From assembly GCF_006345805.1 (NCBI RefSeq), contig NC_043005.1:31124001-31188000 (forward strand): a stretch of DNA of 64,000 nucleotides, read 5' to 3'. This stretch comes from Octopus sinensis (lineage: Eukaryota). This document shows, piece by piece, positions 12,481-25,871 of the stretch. Both the position numbers and the translations under genes were made by a program. Positions within the stretch are counted from its first letter, which is position 1. The number at the start of each line of letters is the position of its first letter. The notes beneath the pieces were generated by a model that ran no database searches, was not told where the DNA came from, and saw only the letters and a program-made list of their open reading frames with translations.

Positions 12481-13039
12481 TAAATGTGTGCCGGCTGGGA
12501 AGTAGGTCCTTCCTCGACCGTTTCAGCAGTGGTTGGTAAATTGATTGTTAGTTGTATGTAAATATCTCCAGAGAAATGTCTTACCCAAGGACCAACGTTT
12601 CTTCGTCGCTTGACAAGTTATTCATGTTTCACTCAAAAAATTTTTTTAACGTTGAAATTCTACCTTCCGCCTTCCAGGAAGGGGGAATGTATCGCTCGTC
12701 TGTGACACGGCAGAAATACAGTATATTTTTTTTACACAAAACAAATTCAATTAGAAATAAATTCTAACACATGTGTACACTAACTTCAGGTTTAATTCTT
12801 CACCTTCGCTTCCAAAATTCTTCACACTGCCATTCTACGAGGCGATATTCAACACGCGTTCGGACACGCATTTCAGTACAAACGAGAAGCGCAAACTACG
12901 ATCTGCTGACTACATCGGACCGCTACTATTTATATGTAGCGGTGCCATCTATTCTCGTCAGAAGACGTTGTACTCTTGCCACAACAGAAATTAAAAGCTG
13001 GTTATCAAGACAAGTTCCCTCACAAGGTATGTAAGTAGT

Positions 13040-14930
13040 GTGTCGGGAGTTTACAGATGTGAACCTAGGGAACACGTGATTAGTTGGCATTTGGTATACC
13101 TGTGATTTGGCGAAGCTAAAACATCATTGCACATTGTTACTTTTGTTTACTGAAAATTTCAGGATATAACAAGGAAATCGAGTATCCCAGTGTACCATCA
13201 TCTATACACCCAGTGCCTCATTCAGCTGAAAACCTAGTGCTACTTGTCCTTCACCTACCCTCCCTTGAAGATGTAGATCGTGATGAAATCAGTGACAGCA
13301 ATGATGCAGATTTTGAAATTGAAGTTGACTCACCTTGTGGATTGAAATTCCAACATGACAATTCCAAATACAGCACATTTAACACTTAAACACTTATTTA
13401 AGTAAAAATAGTAACTCAACATAATTACTTTCTTCTTTTTCATATCTACATTTTGATATACCTTTTCCATTTCTTTCATTTTCTCATTCCACATTTGGCT
13501 ATTGTAATCTCTCTCCCTCCCCCTCTCTCAAAGTAAAAGTGTCACAAATGTTAGATCTTTTTCCTCCCCCAACATAACACATATTCTATGGGTTTAGTAG
13601 TTCACAATTATGACGTTTGTTCCGACTTTTGATTGGATGCAATGTAAAAAAAAATGAAGTGGGAAAGTTTACTAATGCAGAAGTACCAAATGCTAAGAAG
13701 GCTAGACTTCTACAAGTCTATTGTCATTTTGTCTTTCCAGCATTTTAACTTAACGGCAATGTCTCATAATTGCTGCTTGGGTGTGCAACCGCACAGTCAT
13801 TGTATTGGCACCATAGACATCAAAATGTTGCCACTCATTTTAATTTACAAATGCAACCGTTTTGGCCACAATACATTTCCGTTATTTCCCCAAATTGAGC
13901 ACAGGATTCCCTTCACATCATATTGTGACATGCATTGCAGCTTCGTTTAATGACTAGTCAATGAGCAAGAGTTGAATGATTTGGCACAAGATCTGGGACG
14001 ATATTAAAAGGCTTCAGAACTCCAAGCATCAAAGACTTGCTTGAAAATGGAGCAAAGATATCCTACTTCAGATCCAGAGAGAATGCATTTCTGCACCATT
14101 TTCGAAGTAACAGTAGGTTTGTGTATTGCTATAACATGCAGGGCTTACTGGAAGAATTGAGAATTCCAATTTGCAACTCAACTGAATGGCAACTATTCAT
14201 CGATAGCTTAAAGCACTCCACAGTGGAAGTTTATATGGTTGAGACCCAATTGGGTATTCAGTTTGTTTTCGTGAAGGAAATGGTTACATAAAGAGAGTCA
14301 TCCAGTTGTTGCAGTATCACAAACAAAATTGGATCATCTGTGTTGACCTTAAAATAACATGCTTCTTTCTTGGTCAGCATTGTAGATACACTAAGAATCC
14401 CTGCTTTCTGTGCATGTGGGACAGCAGAGCTCGAGAGGAATTGACTTCTAAGATCTGACCGCAAACCTGTGGTCTCAACATGAGCCACTTGTTGACATAA
14501 AGAATATTATATTCCCATCTCTGCACATGAAGGTCATAGAGGAACAATATCAAAGTAGAATGGATGTAAATATGATAGCTGGCTATTGCTGGAGCATAAA
14601 GTGAAATTTTCGGATTGAACACTCCAGGAAGAGCTGTAAGCGTAAATTTTTTACTTTAATTGCTTCCACAAAATTTGATTCACAGGAACAATATCCCTTG
14701 TGTGAACAAAATAAATTTGTACAAACATTTCTGTCAAGCAATGTTTTCTTATTTTCCATTGTATGTAAATTTTTAAAGCATCCTATCAAATAAGTTCAGA
14801 TTTGCTAGGTGTGGTATTTTCATGGTTTTTGAGACAAACCGAGTTCAAAACGTTGACGTGATACAGAAAAACTGGAGCTATCTGTAGATTCAAGTATCAA
14901 ATATAACTCAACAAAAATTGTGTTCATCAG
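13040..14930 (+). mobile_element. Chapaev3 (CMC)-like DNA transposon relic
   Basis: Fragmented translations: HCYFC..GYN..IEYPSVPSSIHPVPHS; ELNDLAQDL; ENGAKISYFRSRE..VYCYNMQGLL..EWQLFIDS; LKITCFFL..NPCFLCMWDSRAR. These match my recollection of Chapaev3 transposases. Boundaries approximate. Confidence 0.6.
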
Positions 14931-15149
14931 TATAATTATTGTTTATTATTCTGTCGAAGAATAATGTTAACAATTAATGCCATTTCCCTTCCATTGAACA
15001 TATTAAAACATATCTCTTCATTGTTAACAAAGTGTGGTGTAAGATAACGTGGTGTGGAGTAAGTGAGATAGATGATAGCAGCTATATGAATCTTGGTTTT
15101 CTTAAGAACGAGCACAAGTAGAGTTATATGACATATTTCTACAATAATT

Positions 15150-17330
15150 AGTATATAGGAAAAAGTGAATCGTATATTACTGATGATTTTATAGTCTGTA
15201 CAGCTGTGGCTTGTATTTTTAATAACGAATTTTCCTTATTTATTCCTGTTTGATCTGATATTGTCTGGATATTGATAGAGTGGGAAGACATGAAACTTGA
15301 GAGAATGGTAAATTGGTTTTTCACAGTAAAATCTTGTCTCGATTTAAATTTATAACCCATGACCTATCGGTCAAACTTTTTTACTGTTGGTGTTGATCGT
15401 AGTTAGTTGTTTCGAGTTAGTGAGATTTTTTTTAGTTTGGGCGTCTTTTGCATTTGATTATTTTGTATGATTTAAGTGCCTTTTTCATTTTTGGGTCTCG
15501 ACTCAATAATGTCCTGATGGATGATGCTGAATGTTTCTGTTTCTTAGTTAGTGTGCTGTAATTATTGGCGTCTCTGAAACGTTTGTGGCTTTTCTTAATT
15601 CTTTAATGTCTATTGCTTTGGCGCGTTCTATCCTATTCTCTATTAGAGTAGACTGATATTTTCTTTCAAGTAGCGCCTGTCTTAAATCAAGGACTCTTTT
15701 CTTCTAAATTTCCAGATTTTGCTCGGATTCATCTAGCTAGTTTAAACGGAATAGTAGATTTGGTATGTTTTATGTGAGATGGAATTAATAGTAGGTACTG
15801 TTCAGAATCCGTAGGTTTATAGTACATGGCCCTTTCTAAGTTTGTATCATTCTTTATAATCAGAATCTCTAAGAAGGGTAGTCAGATATGTTAAACTCCA
15901 TTGTGAATTGAATATTTTTTATTGAAACTGTTGTGCAAAAATTTGAAATCATTGAATTCATCTAGGTAATATACCTACAGAATAAAGCAGTTATCTAAGT
16001 ATCGTTTCCAATTTTCACCAGCTAATTTTGGAAGTTAATACTGTACCTTCTTTTGGCTTTTCATATAATTGGACTTCTAGATATGTCATGGCTAGTTTGG
16101 CGTATCTTGGAGCAAATTCTGTACCCAAAAGAGTCCCAATTTATTGGTAGGTGTTTTCCTCGAAAATGAAGAAATTACTTTGAAGGATGAATTTTATTCC
16201 CTCTGTGACGAATTGTTTATCAATTCGGTCCGGAGTTTTCTTCGGGAATTTTATTTATCAAAAGGCTATTGCCTCAAGTCCGTACTCGTATAGGGTTGTA
16301 GTAGAAAGGCTTACTACATCAAATGAAGCGTTTATGGTACTCCTGTTAAAATTTTTCGGAAGATGGTTGAGAAAGTCTAGGTCAACCCTTAGGAAACGTG
16401 GTATAAATTTTAAGAGAGGTTTTTAGAATATGTCAAAGAAGTTGATAAGTTTGTGAGTTTCAGAGGCCGGGCCTACCATAACTGGTTTTAATTTAAGAAC
16501 TTTCAGAAACGGCATGTTTATGCAGATTGAATGTGATTCTTTGCAGGCATCATTAATTGTTTTATTTTTGTGGATTTTAGGAAGTCCGTAGAAGAAACCG
16601 GTTTTAGCTTTAAAATCTATTAGATAATCAATTTCTTTATTACTTAAGCCTTTTCCGTGTTGGTTTATGAAAGCGTTAAGTTTAGACATGGCTTTTGTTT
16701 GTTGGTAGCTGTTTACTATTTTATAGTGGGTGGTATGCTGAAATAGGGTTAACGTGGAATTTTTGCATTGTTCCATTTTCAAAATAACTACAGCATTTCC
16801 CTTAGCTTCTTTTATAAGTATATTATTATTGTTTTTAGGTCATATATAGTTTTCCATTCTGTTCGATCAGTGTTGGACTACAGTTTAGGACGTGGAAATT
16901 CATTATAAGGGAAGGCGAATATAAACTCACAAAATTTGTCTAGTGTTTTGTTTCTTTCTTTTGTTGGATTATTGTTGCATTTATTTTGCACAACGGATTA
17001 ATAAGTGTTTTCTTTATCGAATAATCCTTCCGTTAAATTTAATTTTCTACAAAGAATTAAAATGTCATTTCGTACTTCACTGAGGTAGTGCCAGGGTAAA
17101 TTTTATTTAATTTTGTCCTTTTGGGAGTTTTAAGTTTCTGAAATCTTTCTTCAGGGCTTAAAAATTGTTTGTGACTTTTGTTCTTTTGCTTGTGTCTCTG
17201 AGTCTGTGTTCCAGAAAATTAGTGGAAAGAAATGGAGTGTTTCGTTTCTTTCCACTTTTCTGGAATAATAGTTACTCTTTGTATGCCACCTGAGGTTAAG
17301 ACGTGAATGTTGACCAATCAATTTTGTACG
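15150..17330 (-). mobile_element. Penelope-like element relic (RT plus degenerate GIY-YIG)
   Basis: CRKLNLTE..RNKTLDKFC, FYGLPKIHK, LKPVMVGP, NWKRYLDNCF; many stops. Same family as 29740-31476. Confidence 0.8.
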
Positions 17331-17577
17331 TCAGCAGATACCTTTTTCTTTAAAAAGCAATTTTTATAACAACGGCCAGAATAGGCAAAACTCGCGAAAC
17401 TCCATATAACTATGCACTTTTAAAAATCTAATGTGAAATCGGTAAAGTGCATTCCTACATTTTAAAATCTAATTAAATTCTACTTGAGTTTAATATATTC
17501 TCAGTGCATTTTCAACTTTCTTTCCACTTGTTTGGATTAGATTAACAGCAATTTAAATATGTATATATATATTTTTA

Positions 17578-17738
17578 TTCTTTTATTTGTTTCAGTCATG
17601 GGACTACGGCCATGCTGGAGCACTGATTTAAGGAATTTTCGTCGAACAAATCAATCCCAGCACTTGTTTTTTAAAGGTAGGTACTCACATTCACACCAGT
17701 AGTCAAGCAGTGTTTAAGGATCAAACACAGACACAGAG

Positions 17739-17797
<59 letters not shown>

Positions 17798-17872
17798 ACG
17801 AGTTTCAGTTTCTGTCTACCAAATAAGACTTTGGTCGACTGAGGCTATAGAGGAAAATACTTGCTCAAGTAT
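17578..17872 (-). mobile_element. Octopus tRNA-derived SINE with internal microsatellite, 5'-truncated
   Basis: Shares TGTTTCAGTCA..CATGCTGGAGCAC tail and GTTTCTGTCTACCAAAT body with the full copies. Confidence 0.7.
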
Positions 17873-18292
17873 ACTATCATTAATACTGGTAACTTTTAAA
17901 GCTTATATCATACCTCTTAGTTTATAATTAATATATAGTTTGCATATTCTATGGTCTCAATATTCCTGTAGTTAATACCAGGTATCAGTCTTTATAGATA
18001 CCACCTAATAAATAAATAATTTAGTTTTAAATGACTGAATTAATAAACAATTTCTATATAATCTTCTCTTTTCTAGTGATGATAATAAGGTATATTTGCT
18101 TCATCATGGTTTTAGTGATTAAGTTATTTATTCCCTTCTATGGTGTTCTACCCTATTTGATTGTTTTTATAATACCCTTTATGAAATTAAACCTAATTTT
18201 TGTACCCCTAGGTATTTATATTAGCTTATATATAACAGCACTGGTAGCTTTACAACTTGTAATATACCTCTTAGATTATAATTAATATATAG

Positions 18293-18809
<517 letters not shown>

Positions 18810-18903
18810 TATATTCTGTCGCCTCAGTACTCCTTTATTAAATGCCAGTAAATGCCTGTGACCAATCTTCATAAATGCCATCTAATAAATAAATATTTAA
18901 GTA

Positions 18904-19065
18904 GGCCTAGGAGTGGCTGTGTGGTAAGTAGCTTGCTTACCAACCACATGGTTCCGGGTTCAGTCCCACTGCGTGGCTTCTTGGGCAAGTGTTTTCTGCT
19001 ATAGCCTCGGGCCGACCAATGCCTTGTGAGTGGATTTGGTAGACGGAAACTGAAAGAAGCCTGTC

Positions 19066-19128
<63 letters not shown>

Positions 19129-19134
19129 TATATA

Positions 19135-19214
<80 letters not shown>

Positions 19215-19400
19215 TTCTGTGTCTAGCATGCTTGACAACCGACGCTGGTGTGTTTTCGTCTCCGTCACTTAGCGGTTCGGCAAAAGAGACCGATAGAATA
19301 AGTACTGGGTTTACAAAGAATAAGTCCCGGGGTCGATTTGCTTGACTAAAGGCGGTACTCCAGCATGGCTGCAGTCAAAGAACTGAAACAAGTAAAAAAA
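18904..19400 (+). mobile_element. Same SINE family, full length
   Basis: GGCCTAGGAGTGGCTGTGTGGTAAG head through GAAACAAGTAAAA tail. Confidence 0.85.
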
Positions 19401-20068
19401 ATATATATGAATAAATATTAAACTAATTCTATGTAATTTCTTTTCTCCCCTTATTGTAAATTTTGGTATATACTCAAAAGTATTCAAAAATTTATCCTTT
19501 TGGCTATGATATTCTTCTTAATATTTTTCTTGATAACCCTAAATTTTATCTTTATACAATATAACAATATTGTTTAAATCGTTCAACTATAATACCCCAT
19601 GATAAAATTTCCCCTGTATTATCATCATTGGCTTTATTAGAGTGTTGCCCCTTTAACTGATAACTAACATCTTGACTTAAGATCTTCCTTTACCAACCTT
19701 CATTATAGACAGTTACTTTATACAACTTCAAACTAATTTTGACAAGTTTTGTGACTATATCCACTATGATTCTGCCAACTACCTCAGGCCCTTTCCTAAC
19801 AGACAATGCTCTTTGGTCTTGGATTTTGATATACAGAGATTTGATAAACAAGACTATAAATTAAAACCGACCCAAAAATCAGTGACGAGCTAGATCTCTA
19901 ACAAGTTGTTTTTCCTGAAGTCTTAGTAGCTTAGTCCATATAGCATGGACTTTGTTTTCTTACCCTGTTAGAGGATTTAGGTAAAATTATACAAATGTGT
20001 CCGACTGATTAAATAAATTCTATTTATTTATTAATTAATTATCAAACACACACACACATGTATGTATA

Positions 20069-20139
<71 letters not shown>

Positions 20140-20178
20140 GATATATATATATATATATATAGATATATATATATATAG

Positions 20179-20245
<67 letters not shown>

Positions 20246-20254
20246 TATATATAT

Positions 20255-21043
20255 ATATAATATACGATAGAATTTTTTCGAAAAAATTTCATCAATGGCC
20301 AGCATATTAAAAAATACCATTAAAGGTTAAATTTATAAACAATTTATAAGTAAGGGCAAAAGAAAAAAATTCTAATGCCAAAATATGCCGAAAATAGACA
20401 CTGCCTCAATAACCATGTAATTTATCACTACAAGCACGTGTTTCAAAGAAAGCCGACAGAAATTTCTAAAAAATTCCCTTTTTACCATATCGGACCCGAT
20501 TTCAGAGTTAGTTCATAAGAACCTTCTCTTCATCAGTGATAAATGCGGTAAAGAAATAAGTGAAATACTTACTCATACCCATGGAAGAAGCGAGCACTAA
20601 GCCACGAGCACAATTAAGTACCCCAAATATATGCAAAATAGAAATTCTCAAGCACACCTCGAGTCACGTGCGATTCGAACCAAAACGCTCTCGTAAAGTG
20701 AGAGAGTCCAGAAGTGAACACTATTCAATTAACATCTAATATAGGATGGAATTTTTTGAAAAAAATTCTTTCAATGGCCAGCATATTAAAAAATACCTTT
20801 AAAGGTTAAATTTATAAACAATTTATAAGTAAGGGCAAAAGAAAAAAATTCTCTAGCCAAAATATGCCGAAAATAGACACTACGTCAATAACCATGTAAT
20901 TTATCACTACAAGCACGTGTTTCAAAGAAAGCCGACAGAAATTTCTAAAAAATTCGTTTATTACCATATCGGACCCGATTATGTCTATTTTCGGCAAATT
21001 TTGGCATTAGAAATTTTTTCTTTTGCGCTTACTTATAAATTGT
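20255..21043 (-). mobile_element. Hammerhead-bearing 1.5-mer tandem repeat with inverted 5' piece (PLE pLTR/retrozyme-like)
   Basis: 20255-20501 directly repeated at 20744-20980; 20981-21043 is an inverted copy of part of the unit. Both outer ends abut microsatellites. Confidence 0.75.
20488..20541 (-). ncRNA. Type I hammerhead-like motif, family E
   Basis: TATCA-CTGATGA-AGAG-aag-GTTC(TTAT)GAAC-taa-CTCT-GAAA-TCGG-GTC-CGATA. Intact core, GUC site. The single stem I mismatch is explained by CpG decay. Confidence 0.7.
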
Positions 21044-21053
21044 ATATATGTAT

Positions 21054-21112
<59 letters not shown>

Positions 21113-22214
21113 CATATATATATATGTATATATACTTATACACATACAGAGACAAATTCACTGAACACTTATAAACACACACACATACTCAGACGAACAT
21201 TTAGCTTGGAGTCCTGCCGAACGTGATGCCAGGTGTGATTAAAATTTCTAAAAGTTGAAGTAGCAGCACAGAACTATTTCCTTACCTTTTAAAGAAATAT
21301 TTATTTTGATAATATTCTTGGTAATGGTATGAAGATTACACATTCCTGTTTCGATTTGTTTTAAAAATAGACATTTTTCTACTTGCTAAAATATATTCAA
21401 ATCTTTAAATGAATCTATAGAGTGTGTGTGTGTGTATATATATATATACCAGTGTGTGTGTCTGTGTGTGTGATTGCGTGTGTGTGTGTGTGTGCGTGTG
21501 TGTGTGTGTGTGCGTGTGTGCGCGCTCGCGAATTCTTCTCTTTTGAGATATAATGAAAACTTTGATAGAGGTATAGTATACTACTGGTATTACTGGGATG
21601 CATGAAAGTTAAGAACCAACAGTATAAGGACCCTGAAAAGAGCAGTATTTAAGAAGACTCCTTAAAATATCTACTAAGTTGCTTGCCTAATTTCGGATCT
21701 GGCCAGTTGGAACGCTTAAGTCTGTATCATCAATAGCTTAATCATCTATTACATAAATTAACATGCCGTCCTTTCTAGCTCGAAAGGAAGCCGCTGTCGG
21801 GCCATTTGATCTGCAAAACGAGTAACCAAATTTTCCCCAACGGTTAAAGACACAGAAGGACACACATGATAGAACAATCTCAATTAATCTATAAATTAGT
21901 TGAAATTTTCTTGACTTTAACATATTTTATCACAGTTCTACGCGAGGTGGAAAATAGAAATAAATGAGAGTTGAACTATTTAGCAAATGGATTACAAAAT
22001 ACTTTTGATTTAGAAATTAGTATTTACCAAAAAGCTCTCTCACATTCTGTTTATCTCCATCTATGTGCAAGCATGCATACATACATTTATATATGCATAT
22101 ATACACTCATGTACCTACCTACCTATATACATACATATATACATATACGTACATAAGACACACATACACACACATTATAATGCTATAATGTAATGATAGC
22201 ATTACATTGATGTA

Positions 22215-22480
22215 ATGCTATCATTACATCAGTTTAAAATGCAGAGCAATCCTCAGCTGCACAAAGACATAACATTTAATTAAATTAGAACAGATGGACA
22301 CATTAGTATAACTTCTATGCTGGAGTGGATACAGCATATTCTCTGTCTATCTCCTTAACTTCTTGGAGATTTTAGGTATAATGATATTAATGTGTCCATT
22401 AATTAAATTCTATGTCTTTGTGCAGCAGAGGATTGCTCTGCATTTTAAAATGATGTAATGATTGCATTGTTCAATTAAAT
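22215..22480. mobile_element. Internally deleted fold-back derivative of family C termini
   Basis: Inverted arms CATTACATC..GCAGAGCAATCCTCAGCTGCACAAAGACAT homologous to the 41131/43118 termini. Carries only the 5' halves of the hammerheads. Confidence 0.7.
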
Positions 22481-22594
22481 GTTACATATATAAATGTACA
22501 TATGTAACATTTACATATATAAATGTTACATATACAAATATAACAACAAAAGAATGAGATCCCGATATTAGAGAAGTAGGGGGTTATTTATATA

Positions 22595-22700
22595 TGTTAT
22601 AAATTAGAACAAACAGTAAAAGAATGTATCGTAGCTCTTCGCTCCGGCATTCGAAACTCCGAGTACTATAATGACAACCTTTTACTGTTTGTTCTAATTT

Positions 22701-22706
<6 letters not shown>
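22595..22706. repeat. Hairpin with 28-bp perfect arms enclosing a half-hammerhead
   Basis: TGTTATAAATTAGAACAAACAGTAAAAG / reverse complement. Inside: GAATG..CATTC-GAAA-CTC-C-GAG-TA with no CUGANGA. Confidence 0.7.
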
Positions 22707-22755
<49 letters not shown>

Positions 22756-22809
22756 TTATATATATGCAAAATTTAGGTTAGTTAAAATATATTTGTGACA
22801 TATTTCGAA

Positions 22810-23345
22810 TGCTAAAGGCAAATTCACTGCAGATACCTCAGGGAAAATATTTCCCTTATCGTAAAAATTTGTGAGGACACCCTATTTTTTCAGTGTCGCC
22901 ATCTATTAGGACTCCCAGACATCGATGTTTTCACACCTTTTTAATATATGAGAAATATATTCTCTATGGTAAGTGTAGTGAATTTGCCTTTTAGCAGTTG
23001 AATCATGCCACACAAACATATTTTAACTAACCTAAATTTTGCTTATGCCTGAACACTGCTTGGCGCTAATACTTCGCTATTCTCTACGACCGGGGGATCG
23101 ACCATCTCAAATCAGTCAACATTGTTGACTGTATTTTACATAATATGGCTTCATAAAATTTGTTCAGAATTGCCTCTCTTAGGTACTTCTGATTGATAAA
23201 AGCCAACAATGTTGAAACATCGATGTCTGGGAATCCTAATAGATGGCAACACTAAACAAATTGGGTGTTTTTACGCCCTTTTACCATAAGAAAAATATTT
23301 TCTCTACGGTAACTGCAGTGTATTTTCCTTTTAGCAGTTGAGATA
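22810..23345. mobile_element. Fold-back (TIR) element with about 130-bp imperfect arms
   Basis: GCCATCTATTAGGACTCCCAGACATCGATG at about 22900 inverted at about 23220; extra direct copy of the outer arm at about 22950-23005. Confidence 0.6.
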
Positions 23346-23365
23346 TGTCACAAATACTGTTTTGG

Positions 23366-23421
<56 letters not shown>

Positions 23422-24129
23422 ATATATATATATATATGCATAAACTCAAAATTATAAAGATATTTATGTTCGTAATCTCGTATTCATGTATACATACAAA
23501 GATATATGTACGTACATTATTCTTTCATAAGACGTATGTACGTACATACTTCTTTCATAAAACCAGAAGCGCTTTTAAGTGACTATGCTTTGATCCTCAC
23601 ATGAAGAGAATAAGAAATAAATATCGCCTAGGGTGAGTGAATTTTTAACATTGATAACAGTGTGAGCGTAGTGAACTAAGGTAAAGCAGGATAAAATGTT
23701 CCTCCAATAAATAGATGAAACGGCTGCAAGAGATTTGAATTTATTACTCATAAACAGGCAGCTGAATAATTTATCTACTCAGCCATTTTTGACACACAAT
23801 CATAGAGACACAGAGTAACACACACACACACACATTGTTATATTTCGCGCCGGTCATTTTCCTTTTATTCGTTTATTTAATTATTTATTTTCTATTTTCT
23901 CTCATTCCCTCTTAGGTATGTGCATGTGTGACTTGTGTGTGAGTATATGGGTTTACGCATTATAATGTTTGTATCTCTGTATTTTATTCTTTTCTCATTT
24001 CGTCTTTAGTCGTCATGTTGCGTAGTGTGGGGGAGGGGTGCTATTGTTCCGTGCTATGTCTGTGGTCTTTGTAATTGGTCTAAGTATCATGTTTTTTTCG
24101 ATGTATTGATAATATCTTAACATTTATGT

Positions 24130-24880
24130 TTATTAACCGAACCTCTGTATTCTAATTGAGCATGTTGGTAGAGCACCGGTGAGCTTTACTTCTTGAGCTC
24201 CCACCAGTGTTCATTTACCCGCTTCCTATGCTACGTGCTATCTCCACAATGTATGTTGTCCTGTTTCTATACCGTCCCTCTGTACACCATATGGTAGTTC
24301 CTAACCTGTGGGTTCATCCTACATACTATAAGCTGCTATCCGTACATAGAGGCCTTTCGAGTGGATATATTCTACAAATTAGAGACTTTATGGGGTTTCC
24401 TGGCCTCTCTACTACATTAATCCTTATCTAAAGTTTTCTTAAAAGAGGCTTTCTAGTTCGCCGCAAAGGGTAGCATCAACGAACATGGCACATAGATTTT
24501 TTGTTGTCATACCATGAGTTGGCCTTATCTACTTTCTTGGTACCTTCTATGCTATTCCAGGACTTAACCCCTCTATAGCGGGCTCATCTCATTTGCACCA
24601 TTCTCTATGATGGCCTTGTACTTATCCCTGACTCATTTGTATACTCTAATCCTGTCCCTTTGGCCAGAGAATTGCAAGCGTTGGACGAAGTATTGTACGT
24701 GTCGTTCTCGGTCGCACATGCGGGACAGATTTCTCATCACTCTTACGAAGTTTGCATCAGGATATTGAACTCGGCTTTGTCCGCAATAGCTGCGGTCTTG
24801 TGGACCAAGTATTTAGAGGCCATACGTTTGGCATCGTGGGAAATGATAAAAATAATGATGAAGTGAAAAACGAGTATAGG
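24130..24880 (-). mobile_element. Decayed PLE C-terminal region (GIY-YIG remnant)
   Basis: Frameshifted VY...TYI(G)E(T)ARS..RVNEHW on the minus strand. Confidence 0.45.
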
Positions 24881-25871
24881 GTGCATGAGGTTATTTGGCA
24901 AAATATAAAATAGAAATGACCATTCCGAAATATAACAATATCTATTTCAACACACGATTAGAGATCAGGAATTTTGCAAAACGAACACAAACACGCGCGC
25001 GCGCGCACACACATTGTCTGTGTATGTGCGCATGTGTGTGTGCGTGCATGTTCGTGCAAGTGTGGAACCGTTGAATACAAGGAAAGATAGAATTGATGCG
25101 GAATGAAAGCCTCCAAAGGCAACGATCAGTCAGTATTTTACAAAGTGAGATCAGGTGTTAATAGAATTGAAGTCACATTTTCGTTCAAAAAGGAAAATAA
25201 ATATGACATTTGATAGTAAGTCGCCAAACAATTTCATGATAGATATGCTCGGAGTGTAAGATATTAATACTTTTGAGAACATCAAGACGAAAACACCCCT
25301 CAATTATACATGTACACAGATAAATTATAAACATTCTGCATTATCCAGGCGGCATTCCATTAATTAAATAATTTTTTTTAGTTGAACTGTACTTTGAGAA
25401 GTAATGTCCATAGCATACAAGGCTACATGAGATGTAAAAAATGTTCAGGACTTGCATTACATTAAAAATTTGATGGTAAGAAAAAAGACATTTTAAGATT
25501 TTCTCTCCTTTTGTATTGATTTTTAACTAGAAATATGGAAGGGTCTGGTCAAACCTTACAATGAAATTAGAAAGAAGAAAACACATAAATACAAAAGCGC
25601 AATACATACACACGCAGACACACACTGATACACACAGACACATACTTACGCGGCACACACAGGCAGAGATAATACGAAACATATTTTATTCACACTAAAT
25701 CAAATGAAACCGTTTACGAACAGTTGGTTTCGAACGCACTGCAAGTTCCGAAACAGCAGCATGTAGCCGTAAACCGGATATTCAGGAATAGACTTCTCTA
25801 ATGTTCACTCTGTGACCATGTAGCTGTTTCTAAATTTCAATGAGGAGCCTTTGTTTCTTGGTAACAGACAC

